DNA from: Alphaproteobacteria bacterium | Lineage (GTDB): Bacteria; Pseudomonadota; Alphaproteobacteria; SP197 | NCBI GenBank assembly: GCA_964291265.2 | Contig: OZ219747.1 | Span: 512,001 to 576,000, forward strand | DNA: 64,000 nucleotides | Direction of reading: 5' to 3' | In this document: one piece after another, positions 45,962-56,031 of the stretch | How the letters are laid out: each line of letters opens with the position of its first letter | Position numbering within the stretch: the first letter of the stretch is position 1 | Position numbers and translations under genes: made by a program | The notes under the pieces: generated by a model | The model's database searches: none | Seen by the model: the letters and a program-made list of their open reading frames with translations, nothing else | Told to the model about the DNA's origin: nothing

Positions 45962-47050
45962 TCACGGGCTGCGATGTGCGTAGGCGCAGGTCAGCCGCTC
46001 CTTGAGGTCAGCAACAAAGCCGGCCGTTATGACCTCATCGTGGGCAATCGAGTGCCAGAGCCCGACCTCGCTGACATGGCGCCGCATGGCCATCAGCCCT
46101 TCTTCGAGTTGATCCCATGTCAGTCCCATGGCTTCCGGGCGGATGTCGAGGCCGATCCCCGAGATGGTCTCGAGCATCTCCTCGGCTCCGCAGCCGTGCA
46201 GCATCGAGCCGACGACGACGCCGAGGCAAACGGGCTGGCCGTGGAGGAACTTCCTTCCGGTCATGTGTTCCAGCGTGTAGAACAGGAAGTGGTCGGTGCC
46301 CTCGATGTGGCGCGGACACCACCCCGCTCCATGATAGCTCGTTCCCCACTTGAGACCGTCGACAATGACCTCGATGCCGCGATCGTTCATGGCACGGATG
46401 TTGTCGACGTTCTCGATGACAGCCCTCACCTTCGCCATCGACTGCCTCGCCAGATTCTCGTCGAAGCGCCACTTCTCCTCGATCTTCCCTTCCCGCTCGG
46501 CATAGCGCCAGTCCAGCACGCCGCTGTGAAAACACAGGATGTCGCCGATTCCGGACCAGTTGAGGGCGGGCGGACAGCGCGCAAGGACGTCGTAGTCGAT
46601 GTAGATCGCCTGCGGCACGGCCCACCCGCGATAGACCACGCGCCCGCCGAGACGGACGCCCGAGCGCTGGCCATAGACGGCGTTCACCGAGAGGGCCGTC
46701 GGCGCCTGGAAGAGCGGCAGGTTCAGGCGCCACGAGAAGTACTTCGCCACGTCGAGGGCCTGGCCTCCGCCAAGCCCGACGATGGCGCGCACCTCTGCGA
46801 GACCAGCGGCCTCGCGATCGAGATCGGCCTGTTCGATCGACCTGCAGAGATAGGACTTGCAGTCGGCGTGAGCGAAGTGATGGGCGAAAAGCGGCCAGAG
46901 ATCGTCCATCGTGACCACGAGGAAGGGGGGATGGACGAAGTTGCGGAACTCGTCCAGCAGGCCTCGACCGAAGACGGTCGGAAAACCATAGGCAAGGTCC
47001 CGGGCATGATCGTGCGGCAAGGGAGATCCGGGCGGGGACAGGTCGTTCAT
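45962..47050 (-). CDS. Glycerol-1-phosphate dehydrogenase-like (Fe-ADH/DHQS fold) enzyme, copy 2
   Basis: GLGGGQALDVAKY, PTALS, SGIGD, EGTDH, LHGQPV. Confidence 0.8.
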   Translation of the reverse strand: MNDLSPPGSPLPHDHARDLAYGFPTVFGRGLLDEFRNFVHPPFLVVTMDDLWPLFAHHFAHADCKSYLCRSIEQADLDREAAGLAEVRAIVGLGGGQALDVAKYFSWRLNLPLFQAPTALSVNAVYGQRSGVRLGGRVVYRGWAVPQAIYIDYDVLARCPPALNWSGIGDILCFHSGVLDWRYAEREGKIEEKWRFDENLARQSMAKVRAVIENVDNIRAMNDRGIEVIVDGLKWGTSYHGAGWCPRHIEGTDHFLFYTLEHMTGRKFLHGQPVCLGVVVGSMLHGCGAEEMLETISGIGLDIRPEAMGLTWDQLEEGLMAMRRHVSEVGLWHSIAHDEVITAGFVADLKERLTCAYAHRSP

Positions 47051-47105
47051 GCCGGTTGCCTCGCCCCCCGTCCGTTGTCCGGACCCGGATCCGCGTCCGA
47101 CCTCG

Positions 47106-48317
47106 TCAGCAAGAGACATCAGCACCCCCCGACCAACCCAGGATCTCGCCCTCTCGAGCCCGCTTGACATCGCTCCAGTCCTGCCGGCAACCGTCTCCCC
47201 GGGATCTGAACAACTCCGCTTCCTCATGAATGGCGACAGAGACGGCGGCGGTCTCCTCGTCCGTCAGGTTGCAGGGGTCGAGGTAGAGTTCCTGCCGCTC
47301 GACAAGATCGTCTCGCACCACGATTCGGGGCACCCGGCGGGCAAGTCGATCGACCAGTTCCCAGGCGTGGAAACCGGCACGTCGGGGCGCGATGGTGAGG
47401 CATACTCTCGTGATCGGGTTGCCGGTCCAGTCCGCCTGGGTCACGGCGGACACACCGGGCATGTCCGCGAGTTCCCGCATCCACAGGGCCACGCGCGCTT
47501 CCTCCGCCCGCCGAACGGCATCGTGATCACGACTCTCCCACAGCTCGAGCGCCGCCATGGCGCCGACAATGCTCTCCTTGCCCGCCTTCATCGTCCGCCC
47601 GATTCCCCGGTGCTGGAGATAGGTGGCGCGGATGAGCTCGGAATCTCCCGCGACCACGGCGCTCGTCACGCCCGACAGGAACTTGTGGCCGGAATGGATC
47701 ACGGCCGATGCGCCGAGGCCGACGGGCCCGGTGAGATCCTGCTCCGATGCCATGTCGATGATCGCTGGCACGTTGTGCTCGCGGCAGAGGCTGATGAAAA
47801 CGTCCATGGGAAGTTCGTTCTCGCGCACGGTGTGATGCGAAACGACATACATGGCAGCCGCAGCGCCAGCGGCCAGGGCGTCGGCAAGGTGCCAGGTTTC
47901 ACAGGCGGCAGCCGTGCCCACGGGAACAACCTCGGCCCCGGCAAGACGGATCGCCTGATCGACCGGTGCGCCATAGTTCACCATGTGCCCCATGGACAAC
48001 AGGACACGTCGTTCGCCGGACACTGCCGGCAGTGCCTCGATCCTTGCGAGACTCTCTCCCGTGAGGCAGGCGGCCACCGTCTGCGTCATCGCGGCGGCGG
48101 AGCATGACGCGACACATCCCGCCTGAGCGCCGGAGAGGCGCGCGATGACGGCTCCTGCACGCGACTGCAATTCGTCCACGTCGACGAAGGACGCGAGAAT
48201 TCGGTCGACACACGCACGCACCTCCTCCGGGACCGTCGACGCGCCGATGCGCGTCATCGTTCCGCAGGCATTGATGATCGGGGTGAGATTCCATCGCGCG
48301 AAGGGATTGTCCGTCAT
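47106..48317 (-). CDS. SelA/DgaE-like PLP-dependent enzyme
   Basis: PIINACGTMTRIGAS, IIDMASE, HSGHKFLSG, GIGRTMKAGKE. Confidence 0.88.
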   Translation of the reverse strand: MTDNPFARWNLTPIINACGTMTRIGASTVPEEVRACVDRILASFVDVDELQSRAGAVIARLSGAQAGCVASCSAAAMTQTVAACLTGESLARIEALPAVSGERRVLLSMGHMVNYGAPVDQAIRLAGAEVVPVGTAAACETWHLADALAAGAAAAMYVVSHHTVRENELPMDVFISLCREHNVPAIIDMASEQDLTGPVGLGASAVIHSGHKFLSGVTSAVVAGDSELIRATYLQHRGIGRTMKAGKESIVGAMAALELWESRDHDAVRRAEEARVALWMRELADMPGVSAVTQADWTGNPITRVCLTIAPRRAGFHAWELVDRLARRVPRIVVRDDLVERQELYLDPCNLTDEETAAVSVAIHEEAELFRSRGDGCRQDWSDVKRAREGEILGWSGGADVSC

Positions 48318-49369
48318 GCCAGCCTCTCTCCGGTGGTGCTGTCGAACGCATGCAGCCTGTCCGGCCGAAGGGCAAGCGGCAGCATCGCACCGACACGAAC
48401 CGTGCCGCGTATGTCGCCACTGGCCCGAACGGTCAGATGCGACCCGCGGGTGTTGTCAAGATGAACGAGCGCCTCGTGGCCAAGGTCTTCGATCCTGTTG
48501 ACGCGTGCCTCGCCGATCGGGAGCACAGCTTCGTGCGAGCCGATCAGGAGATGCTCCGGCCGGATCCCGAGGGTTGATCCGCGACCATGCGCGGACACGT
48601 GATCGACGGGCGCCGCGGCATCGCCGAGGAGGTCCTTCGCGGCAAGAATGTTCATGCGCGGGCTGCCGATGAAACCTGCCACAAAGGTGTTCGCAGGCTT
48701 CTCGTAGAGGTCGGTGGGGGTGCCGACCTGCATGATCCGCCCATGGTCCATGACGGCGATTCGGTCACCCATCGTCATGGCTTCGACCTGGTCATGGGTG
48801 ACGTAGACCGTTGTCGTCGTCAGCTGGCGCTGCATTTCGGAGATTTCGCCACGCATCTGGACCCGGAGCTCGGCATCGAGATTCGAAAGCGGCTCGTCGA
48901 AGAGGAACACGTCCGGCCTGCGGATCATGGCCCGTCCGAGGGCCACGCGCTGCGCCTGTCCCCCCGACAGCTGGCGAGGCTTGCGACCAAGCAGTTCACC
49001 AAGACCCAGAGTGTCGGCAACACGGGCGACCTCGGTCTTGATGGTGGCCGGATCGGTGCGCCTAACTCTCAGTCCGAAGGACAGGTTGTCGCGCACCGAC
49101 ATGTTCGGAAAGAGCGCGTAGGACTGGAACACCATCGAGATGTTGCGTCCGGCAGGCGGCAGGTCGTTGGCCCGCTTGCCGCCGATCATCAGATCGCCCG
49201 AGGAGATGGATTCGAGGCCGGCGATCATGCGCAGGGTGGTCGACTTGGCGCAGCCTGAAGGACCGACCAGCACCATGAACTCTCCCTCGCGGACGTGCAG
49301 GTTGAGACCGGAAATGACTTCGACAGCAGCGTAGCTCTTGGACACGTCGACAAATCGGAGGCTTCTCAT
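48314..49369 (-). CDS. Carbohydrate ABC ATP-binding protein (UgpC/MalK-like)
   Basis: GPSGCAKST, FQSYALFP, LSGGQ, DEPLSNLD, THDQVEAMT, FIGSP. Confidence 0.92.
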   Translation of the reverse strand: MRSLRFVDVSKSYAAVEVISGLNLHVREGEFMVLVGPSGCAKSTTLRMIAGLESISSGDLMIGGKRANDLPPAGRNISMVFQSYALFPNMSVRDNLSFGLRVRRTDPATIKTEVARVADTLGLGELLGRKPRQLSGGQAQRVALGRAMIRRPDVFLFDEPLSNLDAELRVQMRGEISEMQRQLTTTTVYVTHDQVEAMTMGDRIAVMDHGRIMQVGTPTDLYEKPANTFVAGFIGSPRMNILAAKDLLGDAAAPVDHVSAHGRGSTLGIRPEHLLIGSHEAVLPIGEARVNRIEDLGHEALVHLDNTRGSHLTVRASGDIRGTVRVGAMLPLALRPDRLHAFDSTTGERLA

Positions 49370-49881
49370 CGGGCCGTGTTCCAGTCCGCAGAAATCGTCA
49401 CGATCGCATCGATTTCGACGGTGATGTTGCCAGGCAGGGAGCCCATGCCCACGGCGGTGCGCGCGTGCCGTCCCTGTTCGCCGAAGACCTCGCGGAACAG
49501 GTTGGAGCAACCATCGATGACGGTCGGATGGTCGACGAAGTCGGGCACGGCGTTGACCATGCCGAAGACCCGGCGGATCTGCACGACATGCCCGAGCGAA
49601 CCCAGGATCTCGCGCATCGCCGCAATCAGCACGAGTCCGGTGCGGTGTGCATGGTGGATGGCCTGGTCAAGCGGAACATCGTCCCCGACCTTGCCGGTCG
49701 CCAGGGCGCCGCCTTCCAGGACCGGGCCCTGGCCCGACAGGTAGAGTGTCGTGCCGTCAACGGAACCGAGATCGAAGTTCCCGACGGACGCCGGTGCCGC
49801 GGGAATGACATAGCCGAGAGCCGCAAGCCTGCGTTCCGCAGCGCTTTCGGGGCCATCCGTCAGGTAACGCTGCGTGTTCAT
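49366..49881 (-). CDS. RidA-family (Rid1-3-like) protein
   Basis: YLSGQGP, GMVNA, VIDGCS, GRHARTAVG (catalytic Arg), LPGNITVEI. Confidence 0.9.
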   Translation of the reverse strand: MNTQRYLTDGPESAAERRLAALGYVIPAAPASVGNFDLGSVDGTTLYLSGQGPVLEGGALATGKVGDDVPLDQAIHHAHRTGLVLIAAMREILGSLGHVVQIRRVFGMVNAVPDFVDHPTVIDGCSNLFREVFGEQGRHARTAVGMGSLPGNITVEIDAIVTISADWNTAR

Positions 49882-50921
49882 GCGGAATAGGCTCCCTCGA
49901 TCCTGTTCCGGGCCGCATTCAGGAAATCGTCCGCCACCTCGAAATCGTTGGCGATGCCGTAGGCCAGACCCTCGTCCTCGACGAAGACCTTGAGCCCGCG
50001 CATGGCATCGAAGACATCACCCCACGTCATGCCCATGGCCGCAGGGCGAATGTCGAGGCCGACAAGGGTTACCGCATCGAGCAGTTCTTCGACCCGCCGG
50101 CCGTGCATCATGGCGCCGAGAATCAGGCCGAGACTGACGATCTGGCCGTGCAGGAACGTCTTTCCGGTTCGCGCTTCGAGAGCGTAGAAGATGTAGTGCT
50201 CGACGCCCTCGATGTGGCGCGGATTCCAGCCCGCTCCGTGATATGACGCACCACCCCAGCTGAGACCGTCGACAAGGGTCCGAATGCCGCGCGGCGACAG
50301 CGCTCTGATCTCGTCGAGATCGGCCAGCGCCGCCTCCGCCTTCGCCAGAGAGATGGCCGCGAGGCTGTCGTCATAGGGCCAGCGAGGCTCGCAGCGGCCC
50401 CTGGCCTCGGCATGGCGCCAGTCCATGACGCCGGTGATGAAACAGAAGACGTCACCGAGGCCGCCCATGTTGAGGTGACCGGGGGCGGCTTCGATGATGT
50501 CGAGGTCGATGTAGACCGTCTGCGGCACGGCCCACCCGACATATCTGACGATGCCGTCTTCACGGACCCCGGCGCGATGCCCGAAGACGGCATCGACGGA
50601 GAGCGATGTCGGGAACTGGAAGAGCGGCAGGTCGAGACGCCAGACAAGGTACTTGGCAGCGTCGATGGCCTGACCACCTCCGAGACCGACGACCGAGGCC
50701 ACGTCCCTGAAGGCCGCAAGGTCGGTCTCGAGCGTGCTGCGTTCCATGGAGCGCACCATATAGGGCATCGCGTCCACCGGCAGGGAGTCGCGGAAGAGGG
50801 GCCAGAGATCCTCCATCGTGACGATCAGCGTCTTCGGACGCACGAAATTCGCGATTTCAGGCAGCAGGCCGCGCCCGAAGACCGTCGTGAACCGCGGAAT
50901 ATCGGATTCTCTGTAAGGCAT
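49878..50921 (-). CDS. Glycerol-1-phosphate dehydrogenase-like enzyme, copy 1
   Basis: GLGGGQAIDAAKY, PTSLS, GLGD, EGVEH, LHGQIV. Confidence 0.8.
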   Translation of the reverse strand: MPYRESDIPRFTTVFGRGLLPEIANFVRPKTLIVTMEDLWPLFRDSLPVDAMPYMVRSMERSTLETDLAAFRDVASVVGLGGGQAIDAAKYLVWRLDLPLFQFPTSLSVDAVFGHRAGVREDGIVRYVGWAVPQTVYIDLDIIEAAPGHLNMGGLGDVFCFITGVMDWRHAEARGRCEPRWPYDDSLAAISLAKAEAALADLDEIRALSPRGIRTLVDGLSWGGASYHGAGWNPRHIEGVEHYIFYALEARTGKTFLHGQIVSLGLILGAMMHGRRVEELLDAVTLVGLDIRPAAMGMTWGDVFDAMRGLKVFVEDEGLAYGIANDFEVADDFLNAARNRIEGAYSA

Positions 50922-50924
50922 GGT

Positions 50925-51782
50925 TCAACCCTTGACTGCGCCGAGGGACAATCCCTTGACGATGTGCTTCTGAGCGATGATGGCAAACAGCAGCATCGGC
51001 ATGATGGCAACGATCGACGCCGCCGTCATCGCACCCCAGTCGAGCGCCGCGTAACCACGGAAGCTCGTCACACCCAGTGTGACCGTCTGCGCCCTGGAGA
51101 ACGTCAGGCCCAGCGCGATGGCGAGTTCGTTCCAGATCCAGATGGCATTCAGGACGGCCGTGGCGGCCATGCCGGGCAGCGTGCAGGGAACGTAGATTCT
51201 CGACAGGATCTGCCAGTGGGAGGCGCCCTCGATCCGCGCGGCCTCGTCGATGGCCGGATTGATCTCGCGGAAGAACGAACTCAAAAGCCAGATCGACAAC
51301 GGCAGGACATGCACCTGGTACATGAGGGCGAGACCCGCATGCGTGTCGTAGAGGCCGGTCCACTGGTAGAGCGAGAACATGGGGATGACAAACAGGAACT
51401 CGGGCAGCATGTAGGCCAGGATCAGCCAGGCGCCGATGAGATTCCGTCCCCGGACCTTCATTCGAACGATGGCATAGGCAGTCGGTATCGCGATGACGAG
51501 CGAAAGGACGACACCGATGGTCGTGACGATCACGGAATTCAGGAACGTTGACCTGAACGTCTCGTGAGTCCACAGCTTGAGATAGTGGGCTGCCGTCGGA
51601 TCGAAGATCCATAGCGGCGGACTGGCGAGGCCGTCGCGCCTGGTCTTGAGCGAGACGGTCAGAACCCAGTAGACCGGGAACAGGCTGAACAGGATCATGG
51701 CGCCGGTGAAGACATACGCCCACGTCAGGGACAGGCGAGATCCGAGGCCGCCGCGGAGCACCGGAACGGCCCGCAGCCTCAT
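50925..51782 (-). CDS. Carbohydrate ABC permease
   Basis: LFPVYW, DEAARIEGA, WIWNE, DWGAMTAAS. Confidence 0.9.
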   Translation of the reverse strand: MRLRAVPVLRGGLGSRLSLTWAYVFTGAMILFSLFPVYWVLTVSLKTRRDGLASPPLWIFDPTAAHYLKLWTHETFRSTFLNSVIVTTIGVVLSLVIAIPTAYAIVRMKVRGRNLIGAWLILAYMLPEFLFVIPMFSLYQWTGLYDTHAGLALMYQVHVLPLSIWLLSSFFREINPAIDEAARIEGASHWQILSRIYVPCTLPGMAATAVLNAIWIWNELAIALGLTFSRAQTVTLGVTSFRGYAALDWGAMTAASIVAIMPMLLFAIIAQKHIVKGLSLGAVKG

Positions 51783-52660
51783 GCTTCGGCCTCTTCGCGT
51801 CGCTGCAGCGACTGCAGCGCCAAGGCAATCACAAGGATGAGAATCGAGAACAGGATCATGGTCGCCATCGCCCTGCCTATCTGCTGATAACTGTAGGCGG
51901 TGCGGTAGACGAAGGTCTGCACGACCTCCGTGGCCAGGGCCGGACCACCGCCTGTCGTGCCGAAGACGATGTCGAAGACCTTGAGGGTGTCGATGGCGCG
52001 GATGATGACAACGACGATCAGCAGCGAGCGCAACATCGGCAACTTGATGCGCCAGAAGACGGTGAACTCGCTCGCGCCTTCGACCCGGGCGGCCTCGAGC
52101 GGCTCGCGAGGCAGGCTGCGCATTCCGGCGAGCATGATGATGAAGACGAATGCGGTCTGCCACCAGACATCGACCGCAACGATGGAGACCATCGCGGTGG
52201 AGGCGGCCCCGTAGAAGGCTGAAGGACCAAGACCGATGATTCCGATCAGGTGGTTGATGATGCCGAGAAAGGGGTCGAACATGACCTTCGACATCAGTGC
52301 GACGACGATGCCCGAAACCATGAGGGGCAACATGATGACCGCGCGGATGAGGTCCGTGCGAATGGTCAGCCTGTCGACCTGCGCGGCAAGATAGAACCCG
52401 AGCGCGACCTCGACAGCCGTCGCCGAGGCCGCGAACACGACCGTGTTCTTCACGACGTTCCAGAACTGGCCATCGGCCAGAAGGCCGAAGTAGTTCGTCA
52501 TGCCGACGAATTCGAACCGGTGACCCCAGTTCCAGTTGGTCAGCGACACCACGAGCCCGAAGCCGACGGGGTAGAGCGAGGTGAAGGCGAGAACCAGGAG
52601 GCACGGCAAGACGAACCAGGCAGCGGACGCGCTGGCGAGAAGCCTGGGCGCCGACGTCAT
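51779..52660 (-). CDS. Carbohydrate ABC permease
   Basis: FVGMTNY, DVWWQTAF, EAARVEGA, TGGGPALATE. Confidence 0.9.
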   Translation of the reverse strand: MTSAPRLLASASAAWFVLPCLLVLAFTSLYPVGFGLVVSLTNWNWGHRFEFVGMTNYFGLLADGQFWNVVKNTVVFAASATAVEVALGFYLAAQVDRLTIRTDLIRAVIMLPLMVSGIVVALMSKVMFDPFLGIINHLIGIIGLGPSAFYGAASTAMVSIVAVDVWWQTAFVFIIMLAGMRSLPREPLEAARVEGASEFTVFWRIKLPMLRSLLIVVVIIRAIDTLKVFDIVFGTTGGGPALATEVVQTFVYRTAYSYQQIGRAMATMILFSILILVIALALQSLQRREEAEA

Positions 52661-52750
52661 GGTGCTCTCCTCCTCAACGCGATGCGCATGCACGCTGCAG
52701 GAAGGCGCCCCGGACGGCAGGGACACGCCATCCGGGGCAGGGCGACCCGT

Positions 52751-54121
52751 TCAGCGGGCGAGAATCGTCTCGAAATCCGCCTGGGCCGCAGCGCCCGCCT
52801 CGGCAGGGTCCGCGCCGCCGTAGATGTCCTGAATCACATCAACGATCCGCAGTGCGAACTCGCTCCAACCGGCACGCTGGACGACCGAGGTCTGCGAATT
52901 CGGCATCGCTGCCGCCACGGCGTCGACGTAGGCCTGAGGAAAGCTCGACGCGTACTCCGGATCCTGCCACGTCGAAAGACGCGGAGCGCCTCCGTGCAGC
53001 TTGCCGATGGCGGTCGCATTGTCGACATTCGACATGTACTGGATGAAAAGCCATCCGGCCTCGGGAGCCGCAGCATTCTGAGGAATCCCGAAACCCCACT
53101 GCCAGTGCGCCGAGTAAGGCTCACCCTCGTCATTGTCGACGGGAATGACCGAGTAGCCGATCCTGCCGGCAACCAGGCTGTCGTCAGGGTTCTCGAAGCC
53201 GGGCGCAAAAAGGCTTGCGTCGATGAAGAACGCGGCGCCGCCGGCCATGAAGAACTGCGAGGCATCGGGCCAGTCCATCGCCTGGATGTTGGGCGGACCG
53301 GACTTCATCAGCTCTGCGTAGTTTGCGAGGCCCCGCACGATATCGGGATCGTTCATCCTGGGTTTCGCCCAGTCACCGTCAAACCAGACATTGTAGGGCG
53401 CCGAGCGGTCGGCTGCGCCGACGGAGTTGTTGACAAAGCCGGTGACCGTGTCGATCAGCGTGTCCGAGCGAATGCCGCGGAGAACAGCGCCGGCCACCGC
53501 GCCGCCGCTTTCTTCCTTCACGTCATGTGCGGCCTTGATCAGACCCTTCATCGTCGTCGGCACCCGACCGTCGAGGTACCGGTCAACGTGGTCCATGTTG
53601 GCGAAGAGGATGTAGGTCTCGAACGATGCCGGAATGCCGTGATACTGCCAGCGACCGTCGACCCTGTACTTCGTTGCATCGAGGAATCCTGCCGGTATGT
53701 CGTCAAGATCGTAGTCAGGCGCCGTGAGGTCGGGGCTGTCGATGAAATCCTGCAGGGAGTGGATGAGGCCGTTGGTGTGCTGGGTGTAGGCTGTCGAATC
53801 CATCGGCAGGAAGTAGACGTCCATCTGCGCATTGCCGCCCGAGCCGCGCAGCGCCACCTCCATGCGGTCAAAGTAGAGGTCCTCGGCCATGGTCTGCAAC
53901 GTGACATCGATTCCGGTGTCACTCTCGAACCGATCAAGCACCGTGCGCACCCCGTCCGTGACAGGGTGTTCGGGCATCATCACCGTGATCGACTGCCCCG
54001 AATGCCGATCCCACGAAAACTCCGCCACGGCAACCGTGGCGCTGACCACAAGCGCCATCGATGTCGCGGTGATCAGTGTGCCTGCCCTGACGAGGGCTTT
54101 TCTCCGTGAAGTGCTCATCAT
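52751..54121 (-). CDS. Carbohydrate ABC substrate-binding protein
   Basis: N-terminal export signal (SRRK..., possibly Tat-like), GIP..FETYILFAN, FMAGGAAFFIDAS, WGFGIP, AGWLFIQY. Confidence 0.88.
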   Translation of the reverse strand: MMSTSRRKALVRAGTLITATSMALVVSATVAVAEFSWDRHSGQSITVMMPEHPVTDGVRTVLDRFESDTGIDVTLQTMAEDLYFDRMEVALRGSGGNAQMDVYFLPMDSTAYTQHTNGLIHSLQDFIDSPDLTAPDYDLDDIPAGFLDATKYRVDGRWQYHGIPASFETYILFANMDHVDRYLDGRVPTTMKGLIKAAHDVKEESGGAVAGAVLRGIRSDTLIDTVTGFVNNSVGAADRSAPYNVWFDGDWAKPRMNDPDIVRGLANYAELMKSGPPNIQAMDWPDASQFFMAGGAAFFIDASLFAPGFENPDDSLVAGRIGYSVIPVDNDEGEPYSAHWQWGFGIPQNAAAPEAGWLFIQYMSNVDNATAIGKLHGGAPRLSTWQDPEYASSFPQAYVDAVAAAMPNSQTSVVQRAGWSEFALRIVDVIQDIYGGADPAEAGAAAQADFETILAR

Positions 54122-54144
54122 ATTCTCCGTGTCATGATGCTTGC

Positions 54145-54225
54145 GGACCAAATCATGGGTCAACCGAATGCTCCCATGGCTCAAACCGGTTGACCACCAT
54201 GCGCAAATGAACGACCAATTGTCAA
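54145..54225. promoter_or_regulatory. Putative GntR/FadR operator region between divergent genes
   Basis: GGTCAACCG (54158-54166) and CGGTTGACC (54187-54195) inverted pair plus further GACCA half-sites. Confidence 0.5.
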
Positions 54226-54293
54226 TCCCCTGCCGATCACGATCAGGCACCGAACGCTGACATCCTCGCCAGCGGGAAGGGTCAAGCGAATGG

Positions 54294-55010
54294 ATGACCG
54301 ATTCGAAAGGAGCCGTCGTGTCGATTGCCTTTGGTGTGACCGAGCGCGTCTATAGGGAGATCCGCGATCTCCTGCGTTCCGGCGACATCCTTCCCGGTCA
54401 GAGGCTCCCCAACGAGCGCAAGCTCGCCGAAATGAAGGGGGCGTCTCGCACCCAGGTGCGAGACGCCCTCCTCATGCTTCAGAAGGAAGGGTTGGTCGAG
54501 CGCAAGATCGGCAGTGGCACCTACCTGTCGGAACGTGCGCCCCGGATCATCGAACTGGTGGATGCCGCGGTGCACGTGTCGCCCGAGCGCTCCCATGGCT
54601 TTCATGAGACGCTGGAAGCTCGTCTACTGATCGAACCTGCGGTCGCGGCCCGTGCCGCCGAGGCGCCGACGCCGCAGTTCTGCAGGGATCTCGACGCCGC
54701 GCTGGAGCGCATCCTCGCCGCCCCCACCTGGCTTCAGTTCAAGGAGGACATCTACGGTTTTTCGCGACTCTACTACGTCGAGGCGAACAACGAGTTCCTA
54801 TGCTGGACCTTCGATCAGATCGTGGCGGCGCGGCGCATGAACCAGTTCGACGGCGGCAGCACCCAGGCGCCGGTGGCCCACCTTGTCCGCAAGCATTTTC
54901 ACGAGCGCCTTTCGGAGATCGCGGACGCGATTGCCTCCGGTGACCCGGAACGAGCGAAGGCCGAAGTAGAGAGCTTTCTTGTCGGGATGGCTGCCTCGTC
55001 GGCCCTTTGA
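54294..55010 (+). CDS. GntR/FadR family transcriptional regulator
   Basis: PGQRLPNERKLAE..GASRTQVRDAL, GSGTY, EARLLIEP. Confidence 0.92.
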   Translation: MTDSKGAVVSIAFGVTERVYREIRDLLRSGDILPGQRLPNERKLAEMKGASRTQVRDALLMLQKEGLVERKIGSGTYLSERAPRIIELVDAAVHVSPERSHGFHETLEARLLIEPAVAARAAEAPTPQFCRDLDAALERILAAPTWLQFKEDIYGFSRLYYVEANNEFLCWTFDQIVAARRMNQFDGGSTQAPVAHLVRKHFHERLSEIADAIASGDPERAKAEVESFLVGMAASSAL

Positions 55011-55084
55011 GGGCCCCGCCTCGAACGCACGACGGCCGTGAGCGTTCGGTCACGCGGTGATTGGGGCGATGACAGCACGGAGCG

Positions 55085-55551
55085 AATGCAGGAGAGTTCC
55101 GGAGCCATACGTCGTTGGCATCGAGCGGCTCTCGCCGGGCGTCTTCGTCCGTCCCGGGAAGAGTCGCACACATCGTCGGCAATGTTCATCCGAGCGTCGC
55201 CGAGGTGGTCCGGGCCATCGCCCGCGACAATGGCGAGATCGTCCAGGTCCACGGCGCCGATGGAGCCCGTGTACCACACGAGCGCATCGAGCCGCACGGT
55301 CCGGATCGGCAACACCACCACCGTCAGGATGATCCACACCTCGAACCGCCGCCGGCTCCAGTTCGCTGGCGAGCCGGCCGGCCTCGCGCTGGCGGCGCTG
55401 TGGTATCTCGGCAAGGACCACGCGACGCCGGAGGCAGGTCGCCGGGATCGAAGCCGGGATCGGTCCGCAAGCGTTCGCCAGGCTCCGCTCGGCCGCCATG
55501 CCGGCCTGGATGGCGGACGCGCTCGACGCGGGGGTCACCTCCCGTGGCTGA
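55085..55551 (+). pseudogene. DUF6088 (AbiEi-like antitoxin) pseudogene
   Basis: Across three frames: IERLSPGVFVRP, VAEVVRAIARDNGEIVQVHGA, PVYHTSASSRTVRIG, ALAALWYLGK, MPAWMADAL. Confidence 0.65.
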
Positions 55552-56031
55552 CGCCTTCCTGTTGCTGCCGGCCGACGAGATCGATGAGGAGGCGTCTTGA
55601 GTTCGTGGCAGGATGTCGGGCTTGTCGCTGTCGGCACGTTCGCCGACACGGACATGGCTGGCCAGGGTTGAGCGGCGCTCCTTGAGTTCGGCGAGGTCCT
55701 CCTCGATGGCGCCGACCTCGGCAGCGAGAGCGTCCGTTGTCTTGCCCCTGGCTTATCCGCACATGCAGCCGAGCGAGGCGCGCCTGGCTCTTCACGGGAT
55801 GCTTGCGCACGGTCCTGATGCCTGGATTGACCACGAGGGTGTCGTCATCGAGCGTCACGAAGCCATGCTCCAGCTGAGCATCAAGGTTCCAGGCGTTACG
55901 CATAGGCTTGATGTCCCCTGAACCCGACGCGAGAACATGGCACCGGCACCATGGTCATCAACCGGCTCCGAAAGAGACCACTGCTGTCGGTCTTCCACGA
56001 AGACCTCTTCGCCGAGGGAACCGCCTCGGGG

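Noticed and set aside
47106-48317. True selenocysteine synthase selA
   Set aside because: Lacks the SelA N-terminal domain and selB/selC context; sits in a catabolic operon like DgaE-type homologues
55560-56030. Possible fragments of another transposase and unknown ORFs
   Set aside because: Too short and degenerate to assign
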